Positions 12,771 to 22,900 of a stretch of DNA of 64,000 nucleotides are shown one piece after another. A program made the position numbers and the translations under genes. The number at the start of each line of letters is the position of its first letter. Within the stretch, counting starts at the first letter, position 1. The DNA lies in NCBI GenBank assembly GCA_026003075.1, contig BPGO01000003.1, forward strand, positions 51,066 to 115,065, in the 5' to 3' direction. Source of the stretch: Fimbriimonadales bacterium (GTDB taxonomy: Bacteria; Armatimonadota; Fimbriimonadia; Fimbriimonadales; GBS-DC). The notes under the pieces are model-generated. The model did no database searches. It saw only the letters and a program-made list of their open reading frames with translations, and was not told the origin of the DNA.

Positions 12771-13866
12771 TCGACTCCACCTCCATCGCACTGACCATCC
12801 CCCAAAAGCTACCCCATAGCGCCGTCGCCAGCGAGTCCCCAATAGGATTCATAAAAATCAGGCACACCGCGCTGGCAATCACCCCCAGTCCCCACACCCC
12901 TGCCATCTGCCCTTGTAAGATGAACGCCCACACACGCTTCAACAAAATACCCACAAGCCAAATCTGTAGAACGAAGGGCAACACACCATACTGTACTCCG
13001 ACATCCAAATAAAAGTTGACCATAGAACCTGCCGCCATGGATTGCTCCATCGTATCTGCCGACTCTTCCGACACCCCGAACGGATAGCGAATCAGATGAT
13101 GGGGAAACTGGGGCCACAGCTCCAAGCGGTTCTGCACGGAGGGGTCGTCTTGAGCCGCATACACCCCACGCTGCCACCCCAGGGGCAACCCTATCGCGCT
13201 GAACAGAAAGATCACCAGCGTGACCAAGAGCGGTATCCAGAGGGCTTTGTGAGCGCGAGCGAACAACAGTCCGACTAACAGCGCAACCCCCAGCCCCACC
13301 CACGCGCTGCGCGAGAAGGTCAGGTAAACCACCCCGGTACTCAATCCAGTGAGGAATAGCCCCCCAATCCGCCGCCAACCCGACTGCAGGCTCCACGCAA
13401 GCCCCCACGCCCAGCCCAGCAACCCCACCAAGCCCGCCTCTAAAGGGGTGGTCAGAATACCGTGCGGGCGATAGTACCCTCGAAACGAGTAGACGAGGGG
13501 ATAGTCGATAAAGCGAACGCCAGCTGCATGCAAAAGCGTAGCAACAAGCGCACTTGCCAACGCCGTACCACCGATCACTGCGTGGAATCGCCTCAGGCTT
13601 CCTGCCAGAGCCATCGAGAGGTTCGTCATCAGAAAAGCTGCGACCCATATCCACTGGTACAAGGCGTTATAGACTGCCCACAACGAGGTTCTCAAGACAA
13701 ACTCGGGATTCCACATCCCCCAGACCGCGATGGTTGCCGTCGTCCCGACAAGGAGCGTTAACCCCCACGCGAGCAGACGCGCCTCGCGCGGGGTAGGCTC
13801 CAATAATCCCCACGCTCGCAGGAGGGCAACCCCTAACGCCCCCGCCATCAGGAATGACTCAATCAT
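12742..13866 (-). CDS. O-antigen ligase (Wzy_C)-like polytopic membrane protein
   Basis: [30 protein letters not shown] pattern; many TM segments. Confidence 0.65.
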   Translation of the reverse strand: MIESFLMAGALGVALLRAWGLLEPTPREARLLAWGLTLLVGTTATIAVWGMWNPEFVLRTSLWAVYNALYQWIWVAAFLMTNLSMALAGSLRRFHAVIGGTALASALVATLLHAAGVRFIDYPLVYSFRGYYRPHGILTTPLEAGLVGLLGWAWGLAWSLQSGWRRIGGLFLTGLSTGVVYLTFSRSAWVGLGVALLVGLLFARAHKALWIPLLVTLVIFLFSAIGLPLGWQRGVYAAQDDPSVQNRLELWPQFPHHLIRYPFGVSEESADTMEQSMAAGSMVNFYLDVGVQYGVLPFVLQIWLVGILLKRVWAFILQGQMAGVWGLGVIASAVCLIFMNPIGDSLATALWGSFWGMVSAMEVESNAPARLHAD

Positions 13867-15125
13867 TTTTTCGTGTTTTCCAAAACCACCAAAGACCAAT
13901 CACAATTATCAATAGAGGGGGAGCGTAGGTGAGGAGCGTGCGTAACCCATTCGACGCGTTTTTGAGGAGGCGCCGGAAATTGCTCCGCAAAAAGTTTTTT
14001 GAGCTCACTCTCATTCAGAAAGCGACGATATTGACCCCATGAGTATGATACTGCACGATCCAGCGCCCCCACCACAGGGTCTTTTCCCTTGAGACTAAAG
14101 TCTGCAATCGCCACATAATCAGGAAGAGTCAACCTTGTCGATATCGCACTCATCCTATATCGGACATCCTGTACGCTACCTGCCGCTTTCCACTGTAGAC
14201 GAGCTTACCGTTGACCAGATGCCCCTTGATGTAGTAGGTATAGTTGAATTGGGAAACGCAATACAATCCGTTGACGGACTTGTATTGACTCGCTTGCCAT
14301 ACTTCTCTTGCAACCATCCGATAGCTTTCTAAAGTTTCAGGATCATCTGTGTATTTTTCTATTCGATAAGGAGCAAAATCATGCTTTTTGTCAAGCCATA
14401 CCCGGATGCGTAGCGGATCATCACGAGGTAAGCAAGGGACAGGACCTCGCTTTTCTATTATCAAGAAACGGTTATCTTCCTGCACGACGGTCCAGCCGCT
14501 GGGTTCCCCCCAGTACATCATGAGAGGATTCAGCCCGCACAGCATGACGAGATCGGGCGGCTGAAAATCGCGTCCCCCTACCAGGAGAGGCGAAAGGTAG
14601 TAAGCCGCATGATGATTGTACCGAACCACATAAGCGATATTTGTTGTTCCAAGTGCTTCTCGGGAGGCATCTATATCAGGCAAATAGACCCCTACTCCCT
14701 CTCCAAAGTATGCGATCCCTTTTTTCACAAGCATGCCATTTTTCTCTTTTTTGGTTTCTTCATTTTCGGTCGGAAAATCTAACAAGGCATAATCATAAGT
14801 TATTCTAATAAGATTTTTGTCTCTACAGATTACCCGTTTGCTGGAGTGATGGATCGCATTGACTTTTGGGGCTTTTACAGTACCACTCACTGGACTTTGG
14901 GACAGGTTCTTTCGTTGCGCATCGAGTGAAGGACGCCATCTCGTTGAGGAATTCCTCGGAATGTTCTTCAGAGATCGTGACATCCCACACGATCTTTTTG
15001 TTTTTTAGCAAATCATCCCGACGCTGTAGCGCTTGGTCGGCCTGTGGAGGTATCGTGGGTTGCGCCCACAATACCTCCGTCAGGAACAGCGCTGCGACTA
15101 AGCCCAGAGGATAGGGCTTTGTCAT
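13859..15125 (-). pseudogene. frameshifted secreted protein with C-terminal membrane anchor (paralog 2)
   Basis: Pieces 14823-15125 (signal peptide), 14150-14983 and 13863-14153, plus shifted-frame tail [20 protein letters not shown] ending at 13859. Confidence 0.7.
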
Positions 15126-15178
15126 TTAACACCCCCTAGCAGATGAAGCGTCACCCGTTGGCCCACGACAGCAGGGGA

Positions 15179-15357
15179 TCACGCTGGTATCACATTTGCA
15201 TCCAGCACCACCCGCTCCCTCAATCGGGAGGCAAGGCACATGAGGAAGCCAAGCCCTATCAGCCGCACGACCCCTATCGCTATGAGCAGTAGGGGCTGAG
15301 TGCGCTTCCCGAATAGTTGCCGCGACCCTGCGCTCCGTCGCTTGTCCGACTTGCCAT
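15179..15357 (-). pseudogene. 5' remnant of a second DUF1573-type gene
   Basis: PLLLIAIGVVRLIGLGF matches PLLLIAIGTVWLIGLGF of 17033-17476; upstream DNA also duplicated. Confidence 0.7.
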
Positions 15358-15370
15358 TCAACCACCTCCG

Positions 15371-15406
15371 TCTATTAAAACGCTCCCCAGCTCCCGCTTC
15401 GGGACA
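15371..15406 (-). promoter_or_regulatory. putative ECF sigma promoter, copy C (TGTCCC-N18-CGTTTTAATAGA)
   Basis: Same bipartite motif as 16999-17032 and 17490-17524, followed by GGAGGTG. Confidence 0.6.
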
Positions 15407-15425
15407 GAGCAGCACCAGAACCAGG

Positions 15426-16712
15426 TTACGACCGACGAGTACGCCACCACCAATAGACGCCGACTGCAATCAGCAGCAGGGGGACGCCCCACTGCACCAA
15501 CCGAAGTATCCCCTGAACCATCGGATGCGGACGCCGCCCTTGAGCTTGGGCTTGCTGGCGTGCCATCTGCTCAAGACGATCCTGAGAGGGAAGATGCCCA
15601 TCCCACCGATAGGATACAACGCGCTCTTCAGGCACTACCCCCACATCCCCATAAGCAATATCGGTTCCGCCAAGACGAAAGTCCAGAACATCCGTACCAG
15701 AAGGAAACTGCATCGCGACCTCTTGCCTCCCCCGCTCTATTTGCCTCAAGCTGATAATCCTCGTTTCCTTATGCGATAACCTTACACCGGTACGCAACTG
15801 CTTGCCAATCTAGCCGAACCCGCTCCCAACGCTGAGGCATCCAGAACCGTTCTGTTTTTCTCCACTCTAAAACCCTTATTTTTATCGTAGGAAAGGATTT
15901 GTAAACCACCTTGTTATCAGCGGTTATTCTTGCAGGAGAATACTCCTCCAGCCAACTTGGCGCATAACCGTGTTGTTTGGATAAGCCAACCCGAAAGCGT
16001 CGCGGGATCCCCATAGACAGCGCCGCCGTTGCAGCTCCGCTTCCAGGATGACCTCCGAATCGGTTGCTTTGGCAACGCGCCAGAGCGTTCCTCCTGCTAA
16101 GCCCCGCCATATGCAGCACAGAGAAGTTCGCCAGAAACACCCAATCACTGGGGTCGAAAAAATAGGGTTTCGCTGGTACTATTCAAAGGGGCAGGAGAGG
16201 AATGGCTGAAAATCCACAGTTGAGGCTTCGCCATCAGGACTCCCAGCGTGGATGCCCGTTCCATAAATCATGCCGTATCCCTGCTCGTCGTTGTAAAGAA
16301 GGTATATGGGGATTTTTTCGATGGAGCCGTTTTCACACGCCCCTCCTTCCTCGGACTGTAGCGAGGTAATCGCTCCACTTCGCATAACCGTGATGGTGGT
16401 TTGATAGCGACATCGGTGGGTTTGCCGAGCCTTTCGTAAGAACTCCTCCTTTGCCTCGGAGGTAATTTTTGCATCGGGACGCTGCTGATCCCACTGTTCT
16501 AATCCTTTCAAAAAGGCTTCGGGATCTTCCAGGGGGTAGGCAATCACCTCAATCTGGGCGTCCCAGATGAGGGAGCCGTGGGCAAAGAAGGCGTCTCGTT
16601 TTTGGAGGGCTTGGGCTATAGTCTGGAGCAGTAAGCTCTCTTCAGATAGCCCAAGCCCACCTGTGAAGAGTATCCAAGCCAAAACGCCGATGCACCTCGT
16701 CAACGGTCGCAT
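15426..16712 (-). pseudogene. frameshifted secreted protein with C-terminal membrane anchor (paralog 1)
   Basis: Pieces 16179-16712 (signal peptide), 15769-16148 and 15426-15797 ending WGVPLLLIAVGVYWWWRTRRS; collinear similarity to paralog 2. Confidence 0.7.
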
Positions 16713-16723
16713 ACCCAAACCTT

Positions 16724-16980
16724 CTAATCACAAGTTAGGAATTCCACGGTTATCGTTCTTTGCTCCCAATCGTTTTCACACCCACAGCCAGCATAAGTTT
16801 CAAAACAGTCTGCCGCTACAACCTGCATTTGTTGCACTACGACCCTTGCCGAGCAAGTACTATTGGGACTCTCGTCGCAATATTTTCCTGCTTGGGTGAC
16901 CTCCACGCAGTAATTTGTACAGGTTGGATCTTCGCCGTAGGCACCGCGACCGTACCGTAAACCGTAAGCCTCTTCAGCAT
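16724..16980 (-). pseudogene. small secreted 8-cysteine peptide, frameshifted in the signal peptide
   Basis: GGAGGTG SD + ATG 16980 (MLKRLTVYGTVAV); the other frame continues AYG-EDPTCTNYCVEVTQAGKYCDESPNSTC...DCFETYAGCGCEND...LTCD*. Confidence 0.6.
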
Positions 16981-16998
16981 CTTCTGTTCACCTCCATA

Positions 16999-17032
16999 TC
17001 TATTAAACGCTCCCGATGCCTCTTTGGGGACA
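16999..17032 (-). promoter_or_regulatory. putative ECF sigma promoter, copy B (TGTCCC-N17-CGTTTAATAGA)
   Basis: Boxes conserved while the 5' part of the spacer differs from copies A and C. Confidence 0.6.
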
Positions 17033-17476
17033 TCAATTCACCACTTCCAGCCGAATCACCACCTGCTCCTGCCAGCGCATATCACCCAAAGAGGCAGTCA
17101 AGCCCACTACACTCTCCCGATAACCAATCGGCAACCCCCAAGTGCTCACCTGCACCTCCACGGGAAAGCCGTTCAACGGGGGCACCTCTCGATAGGGCAA
17201 CTCCGCGACCGTGCACCCACATGCAGCTGCTGCCTCTAACTGCACTGAGCGCAGCGAGGGGTTGAACACCCACACTCGATGCGAAATCACCTGGTTCCGT
17301 TTCACCTTGCCCAAATCCACCTCGGCGCCTATCAGCCACAATCGCTCGCCAGACACTTGCGAGCGAAAGCCAAGCCCTATCAGCCATACGGTTCCTATCG
17401 CTATCAGCAGCAAAGGCAATGCGTGTTTCCAAAACGGCTGCCGCGTATCGCGCCCCATCACTTGCTCGCTTACCAT
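17033..17476 (-). CDS. DUF1573-like Ig-fold protein with N-terminal TM anchor
   Basis: VDLGKV...VFNP...ACGCT motif characteristic of DUF1573. Confidence 0.75.
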   Translation of the reverse strand: MVSEQVMGRDTRQPFWKHALPLLLIAIGTVWLIGLGFRSQVSGERLWLIGAEVDLGKVKRNQVISHRVWVFNPSLRSVQLEAAAACGCTVAELPYREVPPLNGFPVEVQVSTWGLPIGYRESVVGLTASLGDMRWQEQVVIRLEVVN

Positions 17477-17489
17477 TCAACCACCTCCA

Positions 17490-17524
17490 TCTATTAAAAC
17501 GCTCCCCAGCTCCACTTCGGGACA
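17490..17524 (-). promoter_or_regulatory. putative ECF sigma promoter, copy A (TGTCCC-N17-CGTTTTAATAGA)
   Basis: Directly downstream of the ECF sigma stop, upstream of GGAGGTG and ATG 17476. Confidence 0.6.
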
Positions 17525-17538
17525 GAACAGCGCGTGAA

Positions 17539-18042
17539 TTATCCCCCCCCCCCCCCCCCGCCGCTTTGCGCCCACTTTTGCATCTTTTTGATCGCGCGCT
17601 GGCAGATTTTCTTGGCGCGTTCGGTCGGGATACCCAGTTCCTTACCGATGGCGCTAAAGGGCTGTTCTTCCAGATAGCGTCGTTCTACAATCGCACATTC
17701 CAGCGGTTTGAGCTGCGCCAGCGCCTGCTCCAGCAATAGCCGATCCTCCACCTGCTGATAGCCCCTCTCGGCGACCGCGCAGCGCCCACAGTCGTCCAGT
17801 GAAAGGAGGGGGAGCTCCCGCTTACAGCGACGCGCGTGATCGCACAGCACGCTCTGACAAGTGCGGTGCAAGTAGGCGACTGTTAGGGCTTGCTGACGCC
17901 GCTGACACAGAAGCAGGCGACGAAGCACCTCTTGGGCTAAGTCTTCTGCCAGGTTCGCCTCCACTCCATGCGTCAAGAACCAGCGCAGCGCGTCTTCACG
18001 CCACTTCAACTCGGTCACCAGCGACTTCGCCTCGCTGCCCAT
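17539..18042 (-). CDS. ECF-type sigma-70 factor
   Basis: Region 2 AEDLAQEV; region 4 LEQALAQLKPLECAIVERRYLEEQPFSAIGKELGIP; start uncertain (18042 or 18072). Confidence 0.8.
   Translation of the reverse strand: MGSEAKSLVTELKWREDALRWFLTHGVEANLAEDLAQEVLRRLLLCQRRQQALTVAYLHRTCQSVLCDHARRCKRELPLLSLDDCGRCAVAERGYQQVEDRLLLEQALAQLKPLECAIVERRYLEEQPFSAIGKELGIPTERAKKICQRAIKKMQKWAQSGGGGGGG
17543..17559. repeat. C17/G17 homopolymer tract
   Basis: 17 consecutive C on +, encoding the Gly run before the sigma stop codon. Confidence 0.95.
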
Positions 18043-18262
18043 TTGAAACCACTCATAAGGTAAGTTCGGCATGGAGGCGGCAATTCCTGCTGAACCAAAG
18101 GGAAAAATCAATAGTTTCAGGGGGTAAAAGCACTTTTCACGGAAAAGAGGCTCATGCCTGCTCCCCCGCAGGCGGCGCGGGGAGCTACGGGAGTGCGCTG
18201 CATGCCTGCGTTGCAACAGTGGCTAACAAATCAGGCGTTGATGCGCCCTGTCCCCTATCAAA

Positions 18263-18326
18263 TCAGGTATCCTGTAGACGACATGTAGCAGTTGGGTATA
18301 CTCTTGCCGACTGACCAGTCGGTCAA
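18263..18326 (+). promoter_or_regulatory. aceBA promoter with palindromic operator(s)
   Basis: CAGG-TAT-CCTG (18264-18274), GGTATACT -10 (18295-18302), CCGACTG-ac-CAGTCGG (18307-18322); motifs conserved in the diverged copy at 10951-11015. Confidence 0.6.
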
Positions 18327-19142
18327 ATCTCAACGAAGAGAACGGAGGCAACCGATGAACTACCGAGACGATTTGAATCGCCAGCTGGCAACCGAAGGGA
18401 TTGAGGTGCGCGGTGCCGTACCCACCGCCTATACACAGATTGTGACCCCCGACGCCTTACGCTTCGTGGCGGAACTTGTGCGCCAGTTTAACCCCCGACG
18501 CAAAGAGCTGCTCCACCTGCGCGAAGTGCGTCAAGCGCGCCTGAACGCGGGCGAGAACCCCGACTTCTTGCCCGAAACCGCCGCAATCCGCGCAGGCGAT
18601 TGGAAAGTCGCACCCCCACCACCAGACCTACTCGATCGACGCGTGGAAATCACGGGTCCGGTGGATCGCAAAATGATTATCAACGCACTGAACTCAGGTG
18701 CAAAAGTGTTCATGGCGGACTTCGAAGACGCTAACTCACCCACTTGGGAGAACTGCATCCAAGGGCAGGTCAATCTCTACGACGCCGTGCGACGCACAAT
18801 CGAGTTCACCAGCCCCGACGGCAAGCACTATCGCCTGAACGAGCAAACAGCGGTGCTGTGCGTGCGCCCCCGTGGGTGGCACCTGCCCGAAAAGCACCTG
18901 ATAATCGACGGCGAGCCAGCACCAGGCGCACTCATGGATTTCGGGCTTTACTTCTATCATAACGCACACGAGCTGATTCGGCGCGGTACAGGTCCCTATT
19001 TCTACCTTCCCAAGCTGGAGAGCCATTTAGAAGCGCGTTTGTGGAACGATGTCTTCCTGTACGCTCAGGAGCGGCTGGGCGTTCCCCGCGGCACGATTCG
19101 CGCCACCGTACTCATCGAAAACATCCTCGCCGCCTTCGAGTG
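18314..19142 (+). repeat. 829-bp direct repeat, copy 2
   Basis: Reads identical to 11003-11831. Confidence 0.95.
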
Positions 19143-19956
19143 TGAAGAGATTCTGTACGAGCTGCGCGAACATGCCGCAGGGCTGAATAGCGGACGCTGG
19201 GATTATCTGTTCAGCATAATCCGCAAATTCCGCAACCGTGAGGAGATTGTACTCCCCGACCGCGCCACACTAACAATGACCGTGCCGTTTATGAAGGCGT
19301 ATTCCGAACTGGTGGTGCAGAGCTGCCACAAACGCGGGATCCATGCGATCGGAGGGATGTCGGCGTATATCCCGCGACGCGACGACCCCGAAGCGAACGC
19401 CGCCGCTATCGCACAAGTCGTCGCCGACAAAGAGCGCGAAGTGAGCGAGGGCTACGACGGAACCTGGGTGGCGCACCCCGGACTGGTGCCCATCGTACTG
19501 GAGGTATTCAACAAGCACATGCCAACCCCGAACCAAATCGAAAAACTGCCCCAGCGGACGATTACGGCGCAGGAACTCCTCAACTTCCCACGCGGCGACA
19601 TCACCGAAAAAGGCATGCGCACAAACATCAATGTCAGCTTGCGCTACCTCGATTCATGGCTACGCGGCGTAGGGGCAGCCGCCATCAACTACCTGATGGA
19701 GGATGCCGCAACCGTCGAAATCTCCCGCTCTCAACTCTGGCAGTGGATCCAGCGTAAGGCACGCCTCAACGACGGGCGTCTCATCACACCAGAACTCTTC
19801 GAACAGATGCTGAACGAGGAACTCGCCAGCATCAAGGCGAGCTACGCGAGCGCACCCCACCGTCTGGACGATGCCGCGACTATCCTAAAAAAGGTCGTGC
19901 TTTCGAAGGAGTTCATCGACTTCGTGACCCTCGTGGCATACGAGTCCATTGACTGA
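18355..19956 (+). CDS. aceB: malate synthase A
   Basis: [43 protein letters not shown]; SD GGAGG before ATG 18355. Confidence 0.96.
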   Translation: MNYRDDLNRQLATEGIEVRGAVPTAYTQIVTPDALRFVAELVRQFNPRRKELLHLREVRQARLNAGENPDFLPETAAIRAGDWKVAPPPPDLLDRRVEITGPVDRKMIINALNSGAKVFMADFEDANSPTWENCIQGQVNLYDAVRRTIEFTSPDGKHYRLNEQTAVLCVRPRGWHLPEKHLIIDGEPAPGALMDFGLYFYHNAHELIRRGTGPYFYLPKLESHLEARLWNDVFLYAQERLGVPRGTIRATVLIENILAAFECEEILYELREHAAGLNSGRWDYLFSIIRKFRNREEIVLPDRATLTMTVPFMKAYSELVVQSCHKRGIHAIGGMSAYIPRRDDPEANAAAIAQVVADKEREVSEGYDGTWVAHPGLVPIVLEVFNKHMPTPNQIEKLPQRTITAQELLNFPRGDITEKGMRTNINVSLRYLDSWLRGVGAAAINYLMEDAATVEISRSQLWQWIQRKARLNDGRLITPELFEQMLNEELASIKASYASAPHRLDDAATILKKVVLSKEFIDFVTLVAYESID

Positions 19957-20021
19957 ACAACGCTACGAACAGTTTGCACGGGCGAGGATGCCCAAACAAC
20001 ATCGATGAGGAGGTAAAACCT

Positions 20022-21286
<1,265 letters not shown>

Positions 21287-21290
<4 letters not shown>

Positions 21291-22282
21291 ACCAGTCGCG
21301 TGCGGAGCCACGCCGCACGCTCTTTCGCGGCATGCTCAGGCTCGGGCGGCGGGTAGACCGCGGCTTCAAACAGCAACTGGTCTGCATAGTCCCGCTGCCC
21401 ATCGTTCCCGTCGAGTATCGCACGCATGCGGTACACCGCTAACGCACGCAGCGTGGTGCCCAACGAAAGGCTCTCCGAGTGGCGCAGAGTCGCTTGGAGA
21501 TCGTGCCACTCGTCCTCGAGGGCATCGCGTTCAATGCAAGCGCGTGCCTCACGTTCCGCATCGATAAGCGTGCGCAAGGTTCCACGCAGGCGTGCCAACA
21601 GTTCGTCCAACGGGTCACTCCTGCCCAGCAGCGAGATTTGTACATACCCCTCAAACGCCAGACTGCCCTCACCGTAGAGCCCGCGCGTGTGGCAGCCCAA
21701 CGCCTGCAACGCCTCCAGCCAGCGCGTGATTTGTCGCGCACGCTGTAAGCCCATCAGATGCATAAGCAACCCCAGCCGTATGCCTGAGCCGAGATTAATC
21801 GGCGACGCAGCGAGATAACCCAACTTCGGCGAACGCGCCCACAGCAACGGGAGCTGATTCAACACACGCTCCCAGTGCACCAGGCCCTCCAGCAATACCT
21901 GCGGCTGCCAACCGGCGCAGGTAATTTGCACGCGCAGATGATCCTCCTCATTAATCACCGCAACGACCCCGCCTGAATCGTCCAACAACGCCCAACGGTG
22001 CGGCAGTTTCGGCAGCAACGCCGGGCTAATCACACGCGCCCCCACCAAATGCGCGCGCTCGTCCAATCCCAAACGCCCTAGATCAATCGCACGGGTGAGA
22101 CCCACCGAACTCAGCGCGTCGGTCAGAACCGCAGCAACCGTTTGCAACTGTGCCTCGCTCGCACAATGCGGAAACGGGTAGTGAGCCAAGTTCCGCGCCA
22201 ACCGCACACGCCCCGAAATCACCACATCCCGATCCGGAGCCGACTGCGCAAACCACGACACAGACTCCAACAGGTTCCTCAT
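21287..22282 (-). CDS. McsB-like ATP:guanido phosphotransferase (divergent)
   Basis: [29 protein letters not shown]; CPTN motif reads SPIN. Confidence 0.75.
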
Positions 22283-22355
22283 TTGGCTCTAAGCACACCG
22301 CCGCAATCTCACGATGCAACACAAGTATACCTCTGCAGGGTATAATATCCCCTGC

Positions 22356-22616
22356 ATGGGCTGGTGGAAGAAGACCGATTTCTGGATCGCGCTGATCTTG
22401 TTCGCGATCAGCATGATTGGCTTCTCGCGCGGCAACGAGGCAATCGCTGACCCAGGACAGGATGTAGACCCGCGCCTGGCATGGTTCTATCTCATTGCCG
22501 CCGTGATTATGCTCATCAACGGCATCCTCTCGCACAAGCAACATCTGCGCGAGATGGAGGAACAAAAGGCAAAGCAAACCGCTAACGCCAGCCAACAGGA
22601 GGCGACAACCCGATGA
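22356..22616 (+). CDS. small membrane protein (2 TM)
   Basis: Two hydrophobic segments; GGTATAAT 9 nt before ATG; coupled to the next ORF. Confidence 0.65.
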   Translation: MGWWKKTDFWIALILFAISMIGFSRGNEAIADPGQDVDPRLAWFYLIAAVIMLINGILSHKQHLREMEEQKAKQTANASQQEATTR

Positions 22617-22900
22617 TTAAGTGCGCCGAGTGCGAAAAACCCCTGGATAAAGTGCCGCAATGGTACAGCACGGTCAATATCCGATTCGTATGCGACGGCT
22701 GCCGTAAAGTCAACCCCCAACACTGGCTACCGACCACGCTGGACGACGAGGATGAAAAAATACTTGACCGCGATGAGGACACCGCCTTCGTAGAGGGCGA
22801 AGTCAGTATCGAAGAACTGGGCAAACGCGACCGCAAGCGACTGGTGGGCGAAGGCGACGACCTGTTCGATGCGGACTTAGAAGAACCGGAAGAGGAATGA
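22613..22900 (+). CDS. small zinc-ribbon protein with acidic tail
   Basis: CAEC...CDGC; D/E-rich C-terminus; ATGA overlaps on both sides. Confidence 0.7.
   Translation: MIKCAECEKPLDKVPQWYSTVNIRFVCDGCRKVNPQHWLPTTLDDEDEKILDRDEDTAFVEGEVSIEELGKRDRKRLVGEGDDLFDADLEEPEEE

Larger units (their letters stand above)
11832..18313. mobile_element. AT-richer genomic island bounded by aceB direct repeats (no integrase seen)
   Basis: Flanking 829-bp repeats, visible composition shift, all genes on the minus strand, several frameshifted. Confidence 0.65.

Noticed and set aside
17033-17559. Poly-G slippage fusing the sigma factor to DUF1573
   Set aside because: The DUF1573 frame has TGA directly before its ATG, so no frame gives a fusion.
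11832-18313. Prophage, ICE or integron
   Set aside because: No integrase, phage, conjugation or attC-like features; the repeats behave like promoter + SD units.
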